Shown here: positions 1-10,560 of the stretch, one piece after another
Position numbering within the stretch: the stretch's first letter is position 1
How the letters are laid out: the number at the start of each line of letters is the position of its first letter
NCBI GenBank assembly: GCA_023267635.1
Contig: JAHFMX010000002.1
Coordinates: 21,307 to 85,306, forward strand
Direction: 5' to 3'
Origin: a bacterium
GTDB lineage: Bacteria > Patescibacteriota > Minisyncoccia > Phycocordibacterales > UBA5272
Length of the DNA stretch: 64,000 bases
Notes under the pieces: model-generated
Told to the model about the DNA's origin: nothing
The model's input: the letters and a program-made list of their open reading frames with translations, nothing else
The model's database searches: none
Made by a program: the position numbers and the translations under genes

Positions 1-146
1 GCAGTTAATTCTCGCTTTCGAGTAAGAGGAATCAAGTCACGATTAACACGAAGTGTAGGGAAAGACCCAACTGTCATATGCAGATCAGACCCTCCCTCTT
101 TTACCAGCGACATAATAAGGTCTGCGAGCTCCGTTTCGTAGTTCAT
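1..146 (-). CDS. pilT: Type IV pilus retraction ATPase PilT, N-terminal part (runs off window)
   Basis: Manual translation MNYETELADLIMSLVKEGGSDLHMTVGSFPTLRVN has the PilT N-terminal SDLH..G..P.LR pattern; lies downstream of pilB. Confidence 0.8.
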   Translation of the reverse strand, partial: MNYETELADLIMSLVKEGGSDLHMTVGSFPTLRVNRDLIPLTRKRELT

Positions 147-212
147 AGTTGAAGTATAGCAGTGTATGCAAAGCAAACAATTGTATAACTCACAGAAAGT
201 ATATTTCTATGA

Positions 213-1958
213 TTATAGTTCGTTAATTTCAGTAAATGGAATAAGCCCCTTGATTGATTTTATAATCGCATCCTCTTTCATTGTCATCATTCCATGAGAA
301 CGAGCAAGTTTCCAAATCTCTTCCTCACCCTTACTGTGGAGCACCGCCTCCTGAACATCATCTGTAAACGTTAACACCTCAAACACAGGGACACGGCCTT
401 TCATTCCTGTTGGATGTGTCGCGTCTGCTTTTGCTTGATGAAGTGGTTTATCAAGAGGTAGCAACTTTCTATATTCTTCTGGCATGTCTTTAAACTGTTC
501 CTGAATCATAGTTCTCATACTGTCCGTTTCTGGAATCTCTTCTGCACACCCTTCTGCAATTTGACGCGACAAACGCTGACCAATCGTTGCGATAATAGTC
601 GGAGCAATAAGATACGATTCAATACCCATGTCCATCAATCGTGTAACCACACCGATAGCTGTGTTGGTGTGAATGGTCGAAAATACCAAGTGACCAGTAA
701 GAGCAGCTTGAATCGCAAGACCTGCAGTTTCTGCATCTCGAATTTCTCCCACCATAATCACGTCAGGATCTTGACGCAAAATAGAACGAAGTCCTGAGGC
801 AAACGTGTACCCAATTTCTGGAAACACCTGAGATTGGTTCATCGAAGGAACGTTGTATTCGATTGGATCTTCGAGAGACACCACGTTTCTGTGTTCACGA
901 TCCAGTTCGTTCAACATGGCGTAGAGCGTTGTTGTTTTTCCAGATCCCGTTGGACCAGAAATAAGAATGATACCGTACGGACGCGCAAGAGCTTCTCGAA
1001 TTGCTGTCATCTGACGCTCATCGAATCCAAGTGTGTCCACAGGACGAACTCCTTTATAGCTATCAAGGATACGAATCACCACCTTCTCTCCATAGTAACC
1101 AGGGAATGTCGACACACGATAGTCGATATTGTGGTCTCCTAGTTTTGTACTAAAACGTCCATCCTGAGGCTTTCGTTTCTCATCAAGTTTCATCGTACAT
1201 AAAATCTTCACACGAGCAATAAGCATTGGATGCATTTTTACAGGAAGTGTTGTAATGGTTTCAAGTTGACCGTCTAATCTCACACGAGCTCGCACCGCAG
1301 TACCGATATGTTCAATGTGAATATCAGATGCTCCATTATCAATCGCATAGCGCAAGATAATACTAAACACTTCAGGAATAGTGAGCTTCGCAAGATCTTT
1401 ATCTAAAATTTGTGACACATCTGAGAGATCTATATCTTCTCCAAGATTTTCAACTTCTTTTTCTGGTTCATCTTTTGAAACATACGAAAGTTTCTCTTCA
1501 CTCACTTTGTCAGTAAGAGAAGCTTTTGGATCAGGAGTGTCCACAGTGAGTCCAAAATGTCTCTTATACGAATCGTACGGAATAAGATACACCTTGTACG
1601 CTTGATGATCTGTACCGAAAAGAAATTGAAGACTGTCCAGCACATTTCCATGTTCTGGATCAACAACTCCAACCAACAATACTCCCTCAACCATTTCTAG
1701 TGGTACTGCGAGAAATTGTTTTGATTGAACAACATTAATATAGCGAGTAAGTTCTTTATCTTCTCCAATTTCCTTTCCGTATATTGGAAGCCCATACAGC
1801 ACAGAGCGAACCTGCATAATATCCTCCCCTGTAATTTGTTTTGCTTTCAACAAGTCATCAACGAGAACATCGTCGCGCACCGAAATATCAGACTCAATAT
1901 CCTTTGCTTCGAGTTCTGTTAACTTATTTTGACTAACGAAGAGGTCGAGTAGAAGCAT
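213..1958 (-). CDS. pilB: GspE/PilB family pilus assembly ATPase
   Basis: ASDIHIE, Walker A GPTGSGKTT, LEDPIEY, LRQDPDVIMVGEIRD, TGHLVFSTIHTN; ATG at 1958 preferred to TTG at 1967. Confidence 0.92.
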   Translation of the reverse strand: MLLLDLFVSQNKLTELEAKDIESDISVRDDVLVDDLLKAKQITGEDIMQVRSVLYGLPIYGKEIGEDKELTRYINVVQSKQFLAVPLEMVEGVLLVGVVDPEHGNVLDSLQFLFGTDHQAYKVYLIPYDSYKRHFGLTVDTPDPKASLTDKVSEEKLSYVSKDEPEKEVENLGEDIDLSDVSQILDKDLAKLTIPEVFSIILRYAIDNGASDIHIEHIGTAVRARVRLDGQLETITTLPVKMHPMLIARVKILCTMKLDEKRKPQDGRFSTKLGDHNIDYRVSTFPGYYGEKVVIRILDSYKGVRPVDTLGFDERQMTAIREALARPYGIILISGPTGSGKTTTLYAMLNELDREHRNVVSLEDPIEYNVPSMNQSQVFPEIGYTFASGLRSILRQDPDVIMVGEIRDAETAGLAIQAALTGHLVFSTIHTNTAIGVVTRLMDMGIESYLIAPTIIATIGQRLSRQIAEGCAEEIPETDSMRTMIQEQFKDMPEEYRKLLPLDKPLHQAKADATHPTGMKGRVPVFEVLTFTDDVQEAVLHSKGEEEIWKLARSHGMMTMKEDAIIKSIKGLIPFTEINEL

Positions 1959-2265
1959 ATGGTACAAACGGGTCTACGCGACCACGTGTATCGTTAGTTG
2001 AAATGATTTCTGAAAAATCACGAAGCTGTCGCACAAGCGCAGAGTCCATGAAATTCGCATCAGTGAACGAAATACGATCCTGATTTACGACTTTAAGGAA
2101 AAGTACAAAATTCTGTCCAAGTAATTGTTCGTTAATTTTAGTTTCAGAAACAGAAGCTGAATCTTCACTGAAACTTGTATACAGGTAATATGCTCCAAAT
2201 AGGAAAAGAATGAGAATTGCTCCTTCTATGATAACTGTCTTTTTTTGTACGAAAAATGATTGCAT
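1933..2265 (-). CDS. Pilus-cluster membrane protein (PilP position)
   Basis: N-terminal TM, C-terminal GRVDPF motif, in operon with pilMNO. Confidence 0.6.
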   Translation of the reverse strand: MQSFFVQKKTVIIEGAILILFLFGAYYLYTSFSEDSASVSETKINEQLLGQNFVLFLKVVNQDRISFTDANFMDSALVRQLRDFSEIISTNDTRGRVDPFVPYASTRPLR

Positions 2266-2274
2266 ATACGTGAA

Positions 2275-2826
2275 TTATTTTATGAAGTAGGTCTCGAGTC
2301 TTACCTGGTATGCAGTAGGATCACCTTCGCGCTCAGGAGCTGCAAAGGTAACAGATTGTATAGAAAAAAGTCTTAGACTTTTTTCAAACGTATCCATAAG
2401 AACTTTAAATTTTGGGTATGTTGTTTTAACGGTAAAAGAAATACCTGCTGACCCGCGACCGTTAGCGGTTGATGGTCCCTCTGAGTACGCAAGTTCGTTA
2501 AATGGAATCCCAGCTAGTACAGAAATGTTATACACCTCACTAAGCAGTCTTACTTTATCAATACTGTCAGGCACCATCACCTTCATCTTTGCCTTTTGTT
2601 CATCGGTAACACGAGAATACTGTGAGCGAAGCGTCTCTGCTTGTGTAAAGAGATTGTCTGCTTGGTTAAGCGTCTCATTATACTGATTCTTTAGTTCTCG
2701 AAGCGACTGAACACTTTCTGCTGGCTGCCATACACCACCAACACCTTTATACACTGGACCAATCAACAAATAATACACTGCGAATGTTCCAACGATGAGC
2801 AATAAGTTTAGGAGATTTTTTGACAT
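2275..2826 (-). CDS. pilO: PilO-like type IV pilus assembly protein
   Basis: TM + coiled coil + C-terminal region with EKSLRLFSI; gene order M-N-O. Confidence 0.7.
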   Translation of the reverse strand: MSKNLLNLLLIVGTFAVYYLLIGPVYKGVGGVWQPAESVQSLRELKNQYNETLNQADNLFTQAETLRSQYSRVTDEQKAKMKVMVPDSIDKVRLLSEVYNISVLAGIPFNELAYSEGPSTANGRGSAGISFTVKTTYPKFKVLMDTFEKSLRLFSIQSVTFAAPEREGDPTAYQVRLETYFIK

Positions 2827-2833
2827 AGTAGTG

Positions 2834-3631
2834 TTACCTTTTTGGTGGGGTAGTTGTTCCTGTTGAAGTTGCCTTTACTGAGGAAGTTGTTGTCCCTGTA
2901 GTAGGAAGAGTCGGCATAGTTGATGAACTTGTCCCCATAATTGGAGAGGTTGAAGCAACTCGTGCCGCTGCACCATCAGAAAGATTAATGCCCTCTGGAA
3001 GAAGTCCAGCAATCATAATAGGCATCTTAAGTGTAAAGCCAATATTCCCCGTCTCATTAGGCTGAAGTCCTTCAACGCCTATCTCCTGAATATAGGTTGT
3101 GTACGGCTTACGCTTAAGTGTGTCTACTTGTTGGGCGATACTCTTGTAGTTAGGAGCAATACCACCTAGCTGGAGAGCGTACCCTTTTGTTTGTGTATTG
3201 TATCGCAACTCAAAACGTTCATACGTTACCTGATTTTCAATACTATCTTCAACAATACGAAAGGCAACGTTTGCCGATGGGTGCTCTTTAACTAATTGAT
3301 TAATTATTTTAATTCTATTAGAAAGCTTACGCATGTCTTCAAGTGGAAGTGTTGCAAGGCGTGATTCATAGTCCGCAAGTAATGCTTTCTTCGCATCAAT
3401 TTGAGATGAGAGATAATACTGATACCCGAAAAGTCCGACAGCAATTAACACTGCAACACCAAACACTGCCATCAGAACAAGTTGAACGAGTGATTTACCA
3501 TGTTCCCCTTCTCGTGCCATAAGACTCGATACCGCAGTTCCACCAAAAGAAGCTACTGGAGTAGGTACAGGGAGCGGAGCGTCTCCACTTGGGGTAGTTT
3601 GTGATATCTCTGGTTTGAATGAAAACGGCAT
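2834..3631 (-). CDS. PilN-like type IV pilus assembly protein
   Basis: Single TM + coiled coil, between pilM and pilO; Thr-rich tail. Confidence 0.6.
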   Translation of the reverse strand: MPFSFKPEISQTTPSGDAPLPVPTPVASFGGTAVSSLMAREGEHGKSLVQLVLMAVFGVAVLIAVGLFGYQYYLSSQIDAKKALLADYESRLATLPLEDMRKLSNRIKIINQLVKEHPSANVAFRIVEDSIENQVTYERFELRYNTQTKGYALQLGGIAPNYKSIAQQVDTLKRKPYTTYIQEIGVEGLQPNETGNIGFTLKMPIMIAGLLPEGINLSDGAAARVASTSPIMGTSSSTMPTLPTTGTTTSSVKATSTGTTTPPKR

Positions 3632-3652
3632 ACGTAAAGTGTGTGGTGAATC

Positions 3653-4720
3653 TTAGGGAATTAATTTCTTAAGCGCGCATCCAACGGCAACAGAGTATGA
3701 TGGACCAATTCGTTCAATCATCTCATGAAGAAACGGTGGCACATCTACCTGTTCAAATGGTGTCGCGATTCTTCCTGGAATGTGTACCGTCTCATTATAT
3801 GATTCAATCACTCCAGGGAGACGAGCTCCACCACCTGATAAAATTATCCCTTCAATAGTTTGATTATACTTTCTTTCGTACATAAGAGATAGACGTGCGA
3901 CCTCTCCAAACAGTGGATAACTAGAAAGTTGCATCACATCTTTTACATACGGATTCGTTGCGTCTCCTTTATATCCAAATGTACGTTTTGTTTCTTCTGC
4001 GGTATCAATTGGAATTGAAAGTGCTTTTGATAACTGAATAGTTCCATCTTGTGAGCCGCGACTTATCACGTGCATGTCGAGTACCGTGTTGTTGTGAATC
4101 AAAGAAAGTGTTGTATATTGCGCACCAATATCTACATACAGAACCATTCCAGCACTTTTCGGAGACACACTTCGCATCATAGAGTACCCTTGAATCTCAT
4201 ACTCAACGTTAGTGAGAGAAAGTTTTTTAATAACACGATCATACGTAGTGAGTGTTTCATTTTTCACCGCAGCGAGTACAACGTTAATCATGCGTTCGTT
4301 CGCACCAATATTTACTGTTGTAGGAATATGCCACCAATCCATCTGTACTTCTGACAATGGTATCGGAATATATTTACGAGCTTCAAACGGCATCATACTG
4401 CGAAGCTCATTATCGTCAACCTTAGGAACTTTTACGAGTGACACAAAGGCAGCGGATGAATCGATAGACACAACTGCATCTCGCGCTGTAATTTTTGCCT
4501 CCTTCATAACATCCTGTATCGCTTCCACAAGTTTTTCTTCGCCGAGATGAACAGCTTGTCCAGCAACCATGCCACCATATGGACCAAGTGCTATCTCTCC
4601 ATAGGTGTCAAGAATTATTTTTTCTTTCTCACGACGAAGTTGCACAACCTTAACGGAAGCACTTCCAATATCAAGCCCAATTGCTTGACCAACGTCTTCT
4701 TTTTTAAAGATGTTGAACAT
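3653..4720 (-). CDS. pilM: Type IV pilus assembly protein PilM
   Basis: IGLDIGSASVKVV, VDIGA, LSGGGA, AVGCAL actin-like motifs. Confidence 0.9.
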   Translation of the reverse strand: MFNIFKKEDVGQAIGLDIGSASVKVVQLRREKEKIILDTYGEIALGPYGGMVAGQAVHLGEEKLVEAIQDVMKEAKITARDAVVSIDSSAAFVSLVKVPKVDDNELRSMMPFEARKYIPIPLSEVQMDWWHIPTTVNIGANERMINVVLAAVKNETLTTYDRVIKKLSLTNVEYEIQGYSMMRSVSPKSAGMVLYVDIGAQYTTLSLIHNNTVLDMHVISRGSQDGTIQLSKALSIPIDTAEETKRTFGYKGDATNPYVKDVMQLSSYPLFGEVARLSLMYERKYNQTIEGIILSGGGARLPGVIESYNETVHIPGRIATPFEQVDVPPFLHEMIERIGPSYSVAVGCALKKLIP

Positions 4721-4771
4721 ATGTGTAGTATACACTCTTGTATCGCAGAGATTATGTATACACTTGAAGAT

Positions 4772-5386
4772 ATGTGGATGATTCCCTCATTTTTTCAAAT
4801 ACTTTTTCCCTCGCAGTGCTTTGGCTGCAGAAAAAACAACACACCTCTTTGCCCTCGTTGCATACGACTCACCAGAAAATCTCTTTCATCTCCCTATCCG
4901 TACATCACTTCTATCTTTGACTTCAAAGACCCACTCATTAAGCGAGTCATTCACGCCAGTAAGTACTACCACCGCAAAGACTTACTGCCTCCTCTTGTTT
5001 TTGAACTCGCACAAGAGATGAAAAGTGTTCCAGACCTACATCTCTATACGTTAGTTCCCATTCCAATGCCACGTATACGAAAACTACTTCGCGGGTACAA
5101 TCAATCAGAACTTATTGCGCAACAACTTTCTAAACTTCTATCTATCTCTGTTTCAACTTCAATACTTATACGTACTAAAACACCTCTTCGCCAAGCAGTG
5201 ACAAAAACAAGAAGCGAGCGAATAAAAAACCAACATGGGAGTTTTGGTGTTGATGGCGAAATACACAGTACACACATCATCTTGATTGACGATGTAACAA
5301 CAACAGGAGCAACACTCGAAGAAGCCAGAAACGTTCTTCTTACAAATGGTGTGCAATCTGTCATCGCTTACACACTCGCTCATTAA
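4772..5386 (+). CDS. comF: ComF family protein (zinc ribbon + phosphoribosyltransferase)
   Basis: CxxC...CxxC, RGYNQSE, LIDDVTTTGATL; start moved from ORF-track 4547. Confidence 0.9.
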   Translation: MWMIPSFFQILFPSQCFGCRKNNTPLCPRCIRLTRKSLSSPYPYITSIFDFKDPLIKRVIHASKYYHRKDLLPPLVFELAQEMKSVPDLHLYTLVPIPMPRIRKLLRGYNQSELIAQQLSKLLSISVSTSILIRTKTPLRQAVTKTRSERIKNQHGSFGVDGEIHSTHIILIDDVTTTGATLEEARNVLLTNGVQSVIAYTLAH

Positions 5387-5432
5387 AAATAAAAACACCC
5401 ATTACGGGTGTTTTTATTTTATATCCTCTTAT

Positions 5433-5873
5433 TTAGTTTTTCTGTCCTCCAAAAAGATTTCTGAAGAAATTCATCAACTTCTGATTTTCAAAACGAGGAG
5501 TTTCTACGGTTCCTGTTGCAGAACCTTCCACCCTCGCTTCTCTGCGCTCTTCCATATATTCCTTTCGTTCTTCTTTGATTTCCTTACGAACTTCCTTTAC
5601 GGTAGTTGTAGATCCATCTGGCCTTACAATCATCGGCTTCATATTTCCGACAATTGCTTTAATCTTAACTTCATACTCCGCTTGAATAGCTCTTATTTTT
5701 ACTTCCATCTCCTGACGAAGTGCTTTTACCTGTGCATCAATAGATGTATCTCCTGTTACTGTCACAGGACGTGCAGCTGTCGCTTGCGCACTTGCTGTTA
5801 CTGAAACATCTTGAGCACTCGCAAACGAGAGAGCTGAGAAAGCGATTATTGTTGTAGTGAATATTTTCTTCAT
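5433..5873 (-). CDS. Secreted coiled-coil hypothetical protein
   Basis: Signal peptide MKKIFTTTIIAFSALSFASA, charged helices. Confidence 0.7.
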   Translation of the reverse strand: MKKIFTTTIIAFSALSFASAQDVSVTASAQATAARPVTVTGDTSIDAQVKALRQEMEVKIRAIQAEYEVKIKAIVGNMKPMIVRPDGSTTTVKEVRKEIKEERKEYMEERREARVEGSATGTVETPRFENQKLMNFFRNLFGGQKN

Positions 5874-6048
5874 ATACGTATAATTAATTTATAAGTGTCT
5901 TTCTTTAGTATACAACCATATATAGACAGAAAGAGATTTATACACACAGTGATATACATATAGATTGGATTTAGTAGTGCAAATAAGAATTTCACAAAAT
6001 ACAGAGCCACTTCCAGAAGAAAGTGACTCTGTACAATTTTCTTAGTTT

Positions 6049-8208
6049 TTACTCTACTTCTTTATCAGCAAATACCACTAATCGCTTGGAATAGCTTTTC
6101 TTAGATGGGTTCCAGACTCCATCACATGTAATGAGGTTAAGATGATTACCGTCATTAGATGTAAAAACCTCAGTGGCAACAGTATCTGGATCATACTGAC
6201 GGCTTTCCCGAACAACAAACGTGGTTATTACTCCTCTGTTATCTTCAACAAAAATTGAATCTCCTACGACTAGTTTATTCAAATCTTTAAACACTCCAGG
6301 CTTAATGACTTTTCCTCCACGAATCTGAGCAACGTGCCCAGAGATAACAGCATCACCGCGCTCACCAGGACGTTCACTCTCCTTAAACCACCCCACATCA
6401 GCAAGACCAGTAGGCCCCTCCATTTCTCCATCCAACTTACGTCCAGTATATTGAAACTTAGTATCGACTTTAATGGCTGGTATTTGTAGACGTACAGGGA
6501 ATCCGATATTTTTCGTATCCTTTTTTGTTTCTCCATGTACAACCATTCTGGTTGATTCTGTTGGGGTGCTTGACTGGCTATTGTTAACGGTTGAATCTCT
6601 CGTCTCAGGGGATTCATTCTTCTCTGTCGCCTGTAATGACGGAAGCATAGTTACATTAAACATATCTTCTGGTGCAGCATTAAAAATACTAACCACTCCC
6701 TGCCAAAGACTGCCAAACCAAGATATGATTCCCGTATTTGGTAATTTTGGAATTGTATCATTCTTCTTCGTATCATCATTCGTAATCGTACACGTTTTAT
6801 CATCACCCTTTTCTAAAACCACCTTACCATTTTCATCACAATCTCCGCCAAATGTTGCAGTGTACCCTCCAGAAAGGTCTTCGCTTACTTTGTATGTGCC
6901 TGAAGAAAGAGTGTACAAAGTTCCAGGCGCTTCAACCCCAACCGCAGGACTGCCTGCAACATCAGTCGTTTTAAAAAATGAAGAACTTTTAACGTGCATA
7001 GTAAAAAGATACGCTGTGGCAGTTCCTCCGTTGTCGTTTATGACATGTTTTATAATACGAAGTGTTGATGATGTAGCAGATGGCGTCGGAGTAGTTGTGG
7101 TCGAAGTATCATTGGGAGTGACAATTTTTCCAACGTCATCATTCGTAATCGTACACGTTTTATCATCACCCTTTTCTAAAACCACCTTACCATTTTCATC
7201 ACAATCTCCGCCAAATGTTGCAGTGTACCCTAGGAACACATCTTCACTCACAACATAGACAGCTGGTTTAAGAACATACGAAGTACCTGGGGCTTCGGCG
7301 CCAGCTGCTGGGCTTCCAACAACGTCCGCAATACCCATTCCAGTAGAACCTTTAACATGCAAAGTAAAGGAAGAGGCTGTGGTAGTGCCACCGTTGTCAT
7401 TAACAACATGCTTCACAACGTGAAGAGTTGAAGTCAAAGGAGGTGGAGGTACATCTGGCACAGAACACGTTGGTGCTGTTATAGTCACATATTTCATAAT
7501 GCCTGGATTTGTTTTAACTGCCCAATCATAAGCCAGAGCTCTACCAACCCACTTGGTACCGCCACCAACGGTAATATCAAAGTTTACAGGACCTATTGGT
7601 TGAATAACTGTTCCGATAAACTTCGTATCCGAACCGAGAGTAGTATAAGCAGAAGCTGGCGGTGCCAACTTTGGTGTCCAAAAAACATCGCAGGCAGATG
7701 CTCCGTTTTTAGCCGTAACAACCGATAGATTAGAGGTAGTTAGTGTCCCAGATGGGCGAAAGATAAAAGTTCCAACCCCATCAAGCTCAATCGTTTTACC
7801 ACCACCTATACTCATATTTCCGGGAGAGCAATATACTCCAGGTGTATAAACACCGAGGGCGCCGTGCGAAATATCAGTGGCGAGATCAACGGCACCACTG
7901 AACGTAAAGGTACACGCCTGACTATTGAGTGCAGAAAGTGCAATATGCTGATCAGTTCCCGCCTGTAAGTAGGTCGCGTTATTCATATGCGTCGCTCCAC
8001 TTATATACGCAGGCTGTCCTCCAAATACTGTATACCCAACATCTCCAAAAAGAGAAGTGCCATTAGAAATGTTTGCATTTGTAAATGTATACGAAAGAAC
8101 ACTGAATGGGTCTGCTGCGCCCAGAGATGGCGTAGTTGCTGCTTGCGCAAAATTTGCAAAACTGAATAGAGAAACCAAAAAAAATGCAACTACAAAAATA
8201 TGTTTCAT
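6049..8208 (-). CDS. Ice-binding-like (DUF3494) surface protein with two beta repeats, internal LPNTG and C-terminal class F sortase domain
   Basis: Signal peptide; PGVY/FIFR/ACDVFW/GRALA DUF3494-like motifs; sortase motifs RLQIPAI, VGWF, GHV, LITC, RLVV. Confidence 0.8.
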   Translation of the reverse strand: MKHIFVVAFFLVSLFSFANFAQAATTPSLGAADPFSVLSYTFTNANISNGTSLFGDVGYTVFGGQPAYISGATHMNNATYLQAGTDQHIALSALNSQACTFTFSGAVDLATDISHGALGVYTPGVYCSPGNMSIGGGKTIELDGVGTFIFRPSGTLTTSNLSVVTAKNGASACDVFWTPKLAPPASAYTTLGSDTKFIGTVIQPIGPVNFDITVGGGTKWVGRALAYDWAVKTNPGIMKYVTITAPTCSVPDVPPPPLTSTLHVVKHVVNDNGGTTTASSFTLHVKGSTGMGIADVVGSPAAGAEAPGTSYVLKPAVYVVSEDVFLGYTATFGGDCDENGKVVLEKGDDKTCTITNDDVGKIVTPNDTSTTTTPTPSATSSTLRIIKHVINDNGGTATAYLFTMHVKSSSFFKTTDVAGSPAVGVEAPGTLYTLSSGTYKVSEDLSGGYTATFGGDCDENGKVVLEKGDDKTCTITNDDTKKNDTIPKLPNTGIISWFGSLWQGVVSIFNAAPEDMFNVTMLPSLQATEKNESPETRDSTVNNSQSSTPTESTRMVVHGETKKDTKNIGFPVRLQIPAIKVDTKFQYTGRKLDGEMEGPTGLADVGWFKESERPGERGDAVISGHVAQIRGGKVIKPGVFKDLNKLVVGDSIFVEDNRGVITTFVVRESRQYDPDTVATEVFTSNDGNHLNLITCDGVWNPSKKSYSKRLVVFADKEVE
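6773..7231. repeat. Perfect 96-bp intragenic direct repeat (6773-6868 and 7136-7231)
   Basis: Identical DNA encoding GYTATFGGDCDENGKVVLEKGDDKTCTITNDD twice, offset 363 bp. Confidence 0.9.
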
Positions 8209-8288
8209 TACGGGTGATTAACTTAGTAAGTATCTCTATACAGTATAGCGCTGTTACTGTTCAAAATGAACCTTACCTGCCCGCACAG

Positions 8289-9029
8289 CTACGGCTTCAT
8301 CATCTCTCGTGGATATCCTATGCGTGGAGCAGTTTCTTGATTCTCGTCATACAATCTAATAGCAATGACGAAGAGGCCTGATTCTTGTTTCTGAAGAAAG
8401 AAGACCAACGAATCCCCCACTTCGTATACTGGTCTATCTTTTCTTGTTCTGTCAGAGATCATAAGCGTAACCTCATCTCCATTTGTAAGTGTAAGTTTAT
8501 ACACGTTTCCTTCTATTCCAAGAAGTGTTGCAGTGAGAATAAGTGGTGGTGCACGTTTTTTAAGCTGCATATGCATTGCTTCAATTCCTGGGAATCTCTG
8601 TGTTTGTCCAAAGCGTGCAATCTTTGATTCCTTATCAGCAATCAAAACGAGTGCGAAAAGAAACAGTGTAAAAAGTAATCCAAGCCCAAGCGTTGCGGCG
8701 ACTGGCTTCATATATGCAAATGCGAAATGACGCACCAGTACATGCAGAATAAGAAATACTGTCGTTACCAATATGATAAGTAGAAACGGTAGTGTGTAGA
8801 TAATTTCAAACACTGTCCGTGGCCCGAACGAAAGTGCTTCAAACAATAAATGCTCGCGAAGGAAGAACGCAACAAAACTTACCAAATACAAGAGCACTAG
8901 GAAAAGCGCAATCACGCCGAACACGATACCAAGCGTCATCAAGACAAAGTGCCACTTTGGTTTTTGTCGTATTGCCCCGCTTTCGATTTTCTTCAATATG
9001 AGATTGTGTATATTGTTAATGGTATTCAT
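8289..9029 (-). CDS. Membrane protein, putative anti-sigma factor
   Basis: Three TM segments, overlaps end of the ECF sigma gene. Confidence 0.6.
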   Translation of the reverse strand: MNTINNIHNLILKKIESGAIRQKPKWHFVLMTLGIVFGVIALFLVLLYLVSFVAFFLREHLLFEALSFGPRTVFEIIYTLPFLLIILVTTVFLILHVLVRHFAFAYMKPVAATLGLGLLFTLFLFALVLIADKESKIARFGQTQRFPGIEAMHMQLKKRAPPLILTATLLGIEGNVYKLTLTNGDEVTLMISDRTRKDRPVYEVGDSLVFFLQKQESGLFVIAIRLYDENQETAPRIGYPREMMKP

Positions 9030-9591
9030 GGATAGTTGTAGTTTCTAGTTTCACTAACTCGTACGCTTTTTTCTTCGCACGGTTAATACGCACACCAACT
9101 GACGATATAGGAATCTTGAGCACAAGAGAAATTTCTTTATATGAAAGCTCTTCAAAAAAATACAGCACAAGAATTTCTCTGTAGCTTTCAGGAAGCTTGA
9201 TAAGCACCTGTTCAATATCTTTTTTCAAAACTTCCAAATCAATCTTTTCTTCTGTCTTATCGTGATATGCAAAATATGGAACAAGAGCCTCAGGGTCAAA
9301 CCATGAGAACGGAGTAGACTTTTTCTTCTTCAAAGCGTTCAATGCTTCATTGTGAGCAATACGATACACCCACGAAGAAAATGTGTAGTTCTCATCAAAG
9401 CTTTGAATATTTATGTAGGCTTTGACAAGGACATCCTGAAGAACATCTGTAACAGCGTCATCGTCATGCAAAAATCGCCCTAGGTATCGTGTAAGCTTTG
9501 CCTCATAACGATTCATAAGCTCACCAAAGGCTTCGGTATCACCTTGTTGTACCTTTCGCACTATATCTATATCTGTGTAGGTGGCTGTCAC
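9016..9591 (-). CDS. ECF RNA polymerase sigma-70 factor
   Basis: DVLQDVLVKAY, FSSWVYRIAHN, region 4 LSYKEIS..LKIPISSVGVRINRAK. Confidence 0.9.
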   Translation of the reverse strand: MTATYTDIDIVRKVQQGDTEAFGELMNRYEAKLTRYLGRFLHDDDAVTDVLQDVLVKAYINIQSFDENYTFSSWVYRIAHNEALNALKKKKSTPFSWFDPEALVPYFAYHDKTEEKIDLEVLKKDIEQVLIKLPESYREILVLYFFEELSYKEISLVLKIPISSVGVRINRAKKKAYELVKLETTTIHEYH

Positions 9592-9727
9592 TTCTTACAT
9601 ACTACAACAAAGAGACTTTTTTCTTACACTTTGAAATAAGATACTTTTGCACCTGTACTAGTGTATGTAAGGGACGCCTTACCAACGACACATTACTTAG
9701 CTTAATTACATTTGAACAACTACCAAT

Positions 9728-10399
9728 ATGAATAAAAAGAAAATGGCAGCAATTGCCCTCATCCCGACACTTGGTGTCGCAGCCCTCGCGGGTTCAGTAT
9801 TCGCAGCAAGTGAATCGACATCAACACCTTCTACTCATTCAGTATCGCGCCCATTCAAGGATGGACACGGTATGATGAACAACACGATCTTCACGCAAGA
9901 CCTCGCCACAGCACTTGGACTTACTGTTGCTGATGTACAAGCAAAGATTGACACTGGACAAACTCCAGATCAAATCATCACAGCAACTGGCATTTCAAAA
10001 GACACTGTTATGGCAGCAATGAAAACTGCTCGCGATACTGCAATGAAAGCAAAGCTTGCTGAAAAAGTTGCAGCAGGAACAATCACTCAGGCACAGGCAG
10101 ATGAAATGCTTACACGCATGACAGCTGCTCATGGCAAAGAAATGCGTGAACACAAAGGAGGACTTGGAGACACTAAGCACACAGAAGCATTAGCTACTGC
10201 ACTTGGTATGACAACGACAAATCTTCAAGCAGCACTTACTTCTGGTAAAACGATTGATGAAATAACCACATCTCTTGGACTTACAAAAGAAGCAGTGATG
10301 GCAAAGATGGAAGCCTCTCGCCCTAAGGACGCAGATGGTAATCCATTACATCCAACTCACGGACCACGCGGAGCAAACACAAAAACTTCTGCTCAATAA
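9728..10399 (+). CDS. Secreted helical-repeat protein
   Basis: Signal peptide; two LATALG.T...(L/V)QA....G(Q/K)T repeats; GTITQAQAD. Confidence 0.7.
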   Translation: MNKKKMAAIALIPTLGVAALAGSVFAASESTSTPSTHSVSRPFKDGHGMMNNTIFTQDLATALGLTVADVQAKIDTGQTPDQIITATGISKDTVMAAMKTARDTAMKAKLAEKVAAGTITQAQADEMLTRMTAAHGKEMREHKGGLGDTKHTEALATALGMTTTNLQAALTSGKTIDEITTSLGLTKEAVMAKMEASRPKDADGNPLHPTHGPRGANTKTSAQ

Positions 10400-10560
10400 A
10401 TAACAGAAGTTCCACATACTAAAAAGCACCTACAGGTAAGGTGCTTTTTAGTATGTCTACTATTTATTACAAAAAGATGATCAAAAATGTACAACAATTA
10501 CTTTTTCTTGAATGTAGCTACCATTGTGTATAGTTCCCATACTTTATATAATTAACACAT

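Noticed and set aside
5385-5421. Long intergenic inverted repeats (also near 10415, 15980, 34840, 38060, 42595, 47515, 58857)
   Set aside because: Positions at gene ends fit ordinary, often bidirectional, intrinsic terminators.
6773-7231. 96-bp repeat as a second TR/VR pair
   Set aside because: Copies are identical and both in frame within one gene, with no adenine-specific differences.
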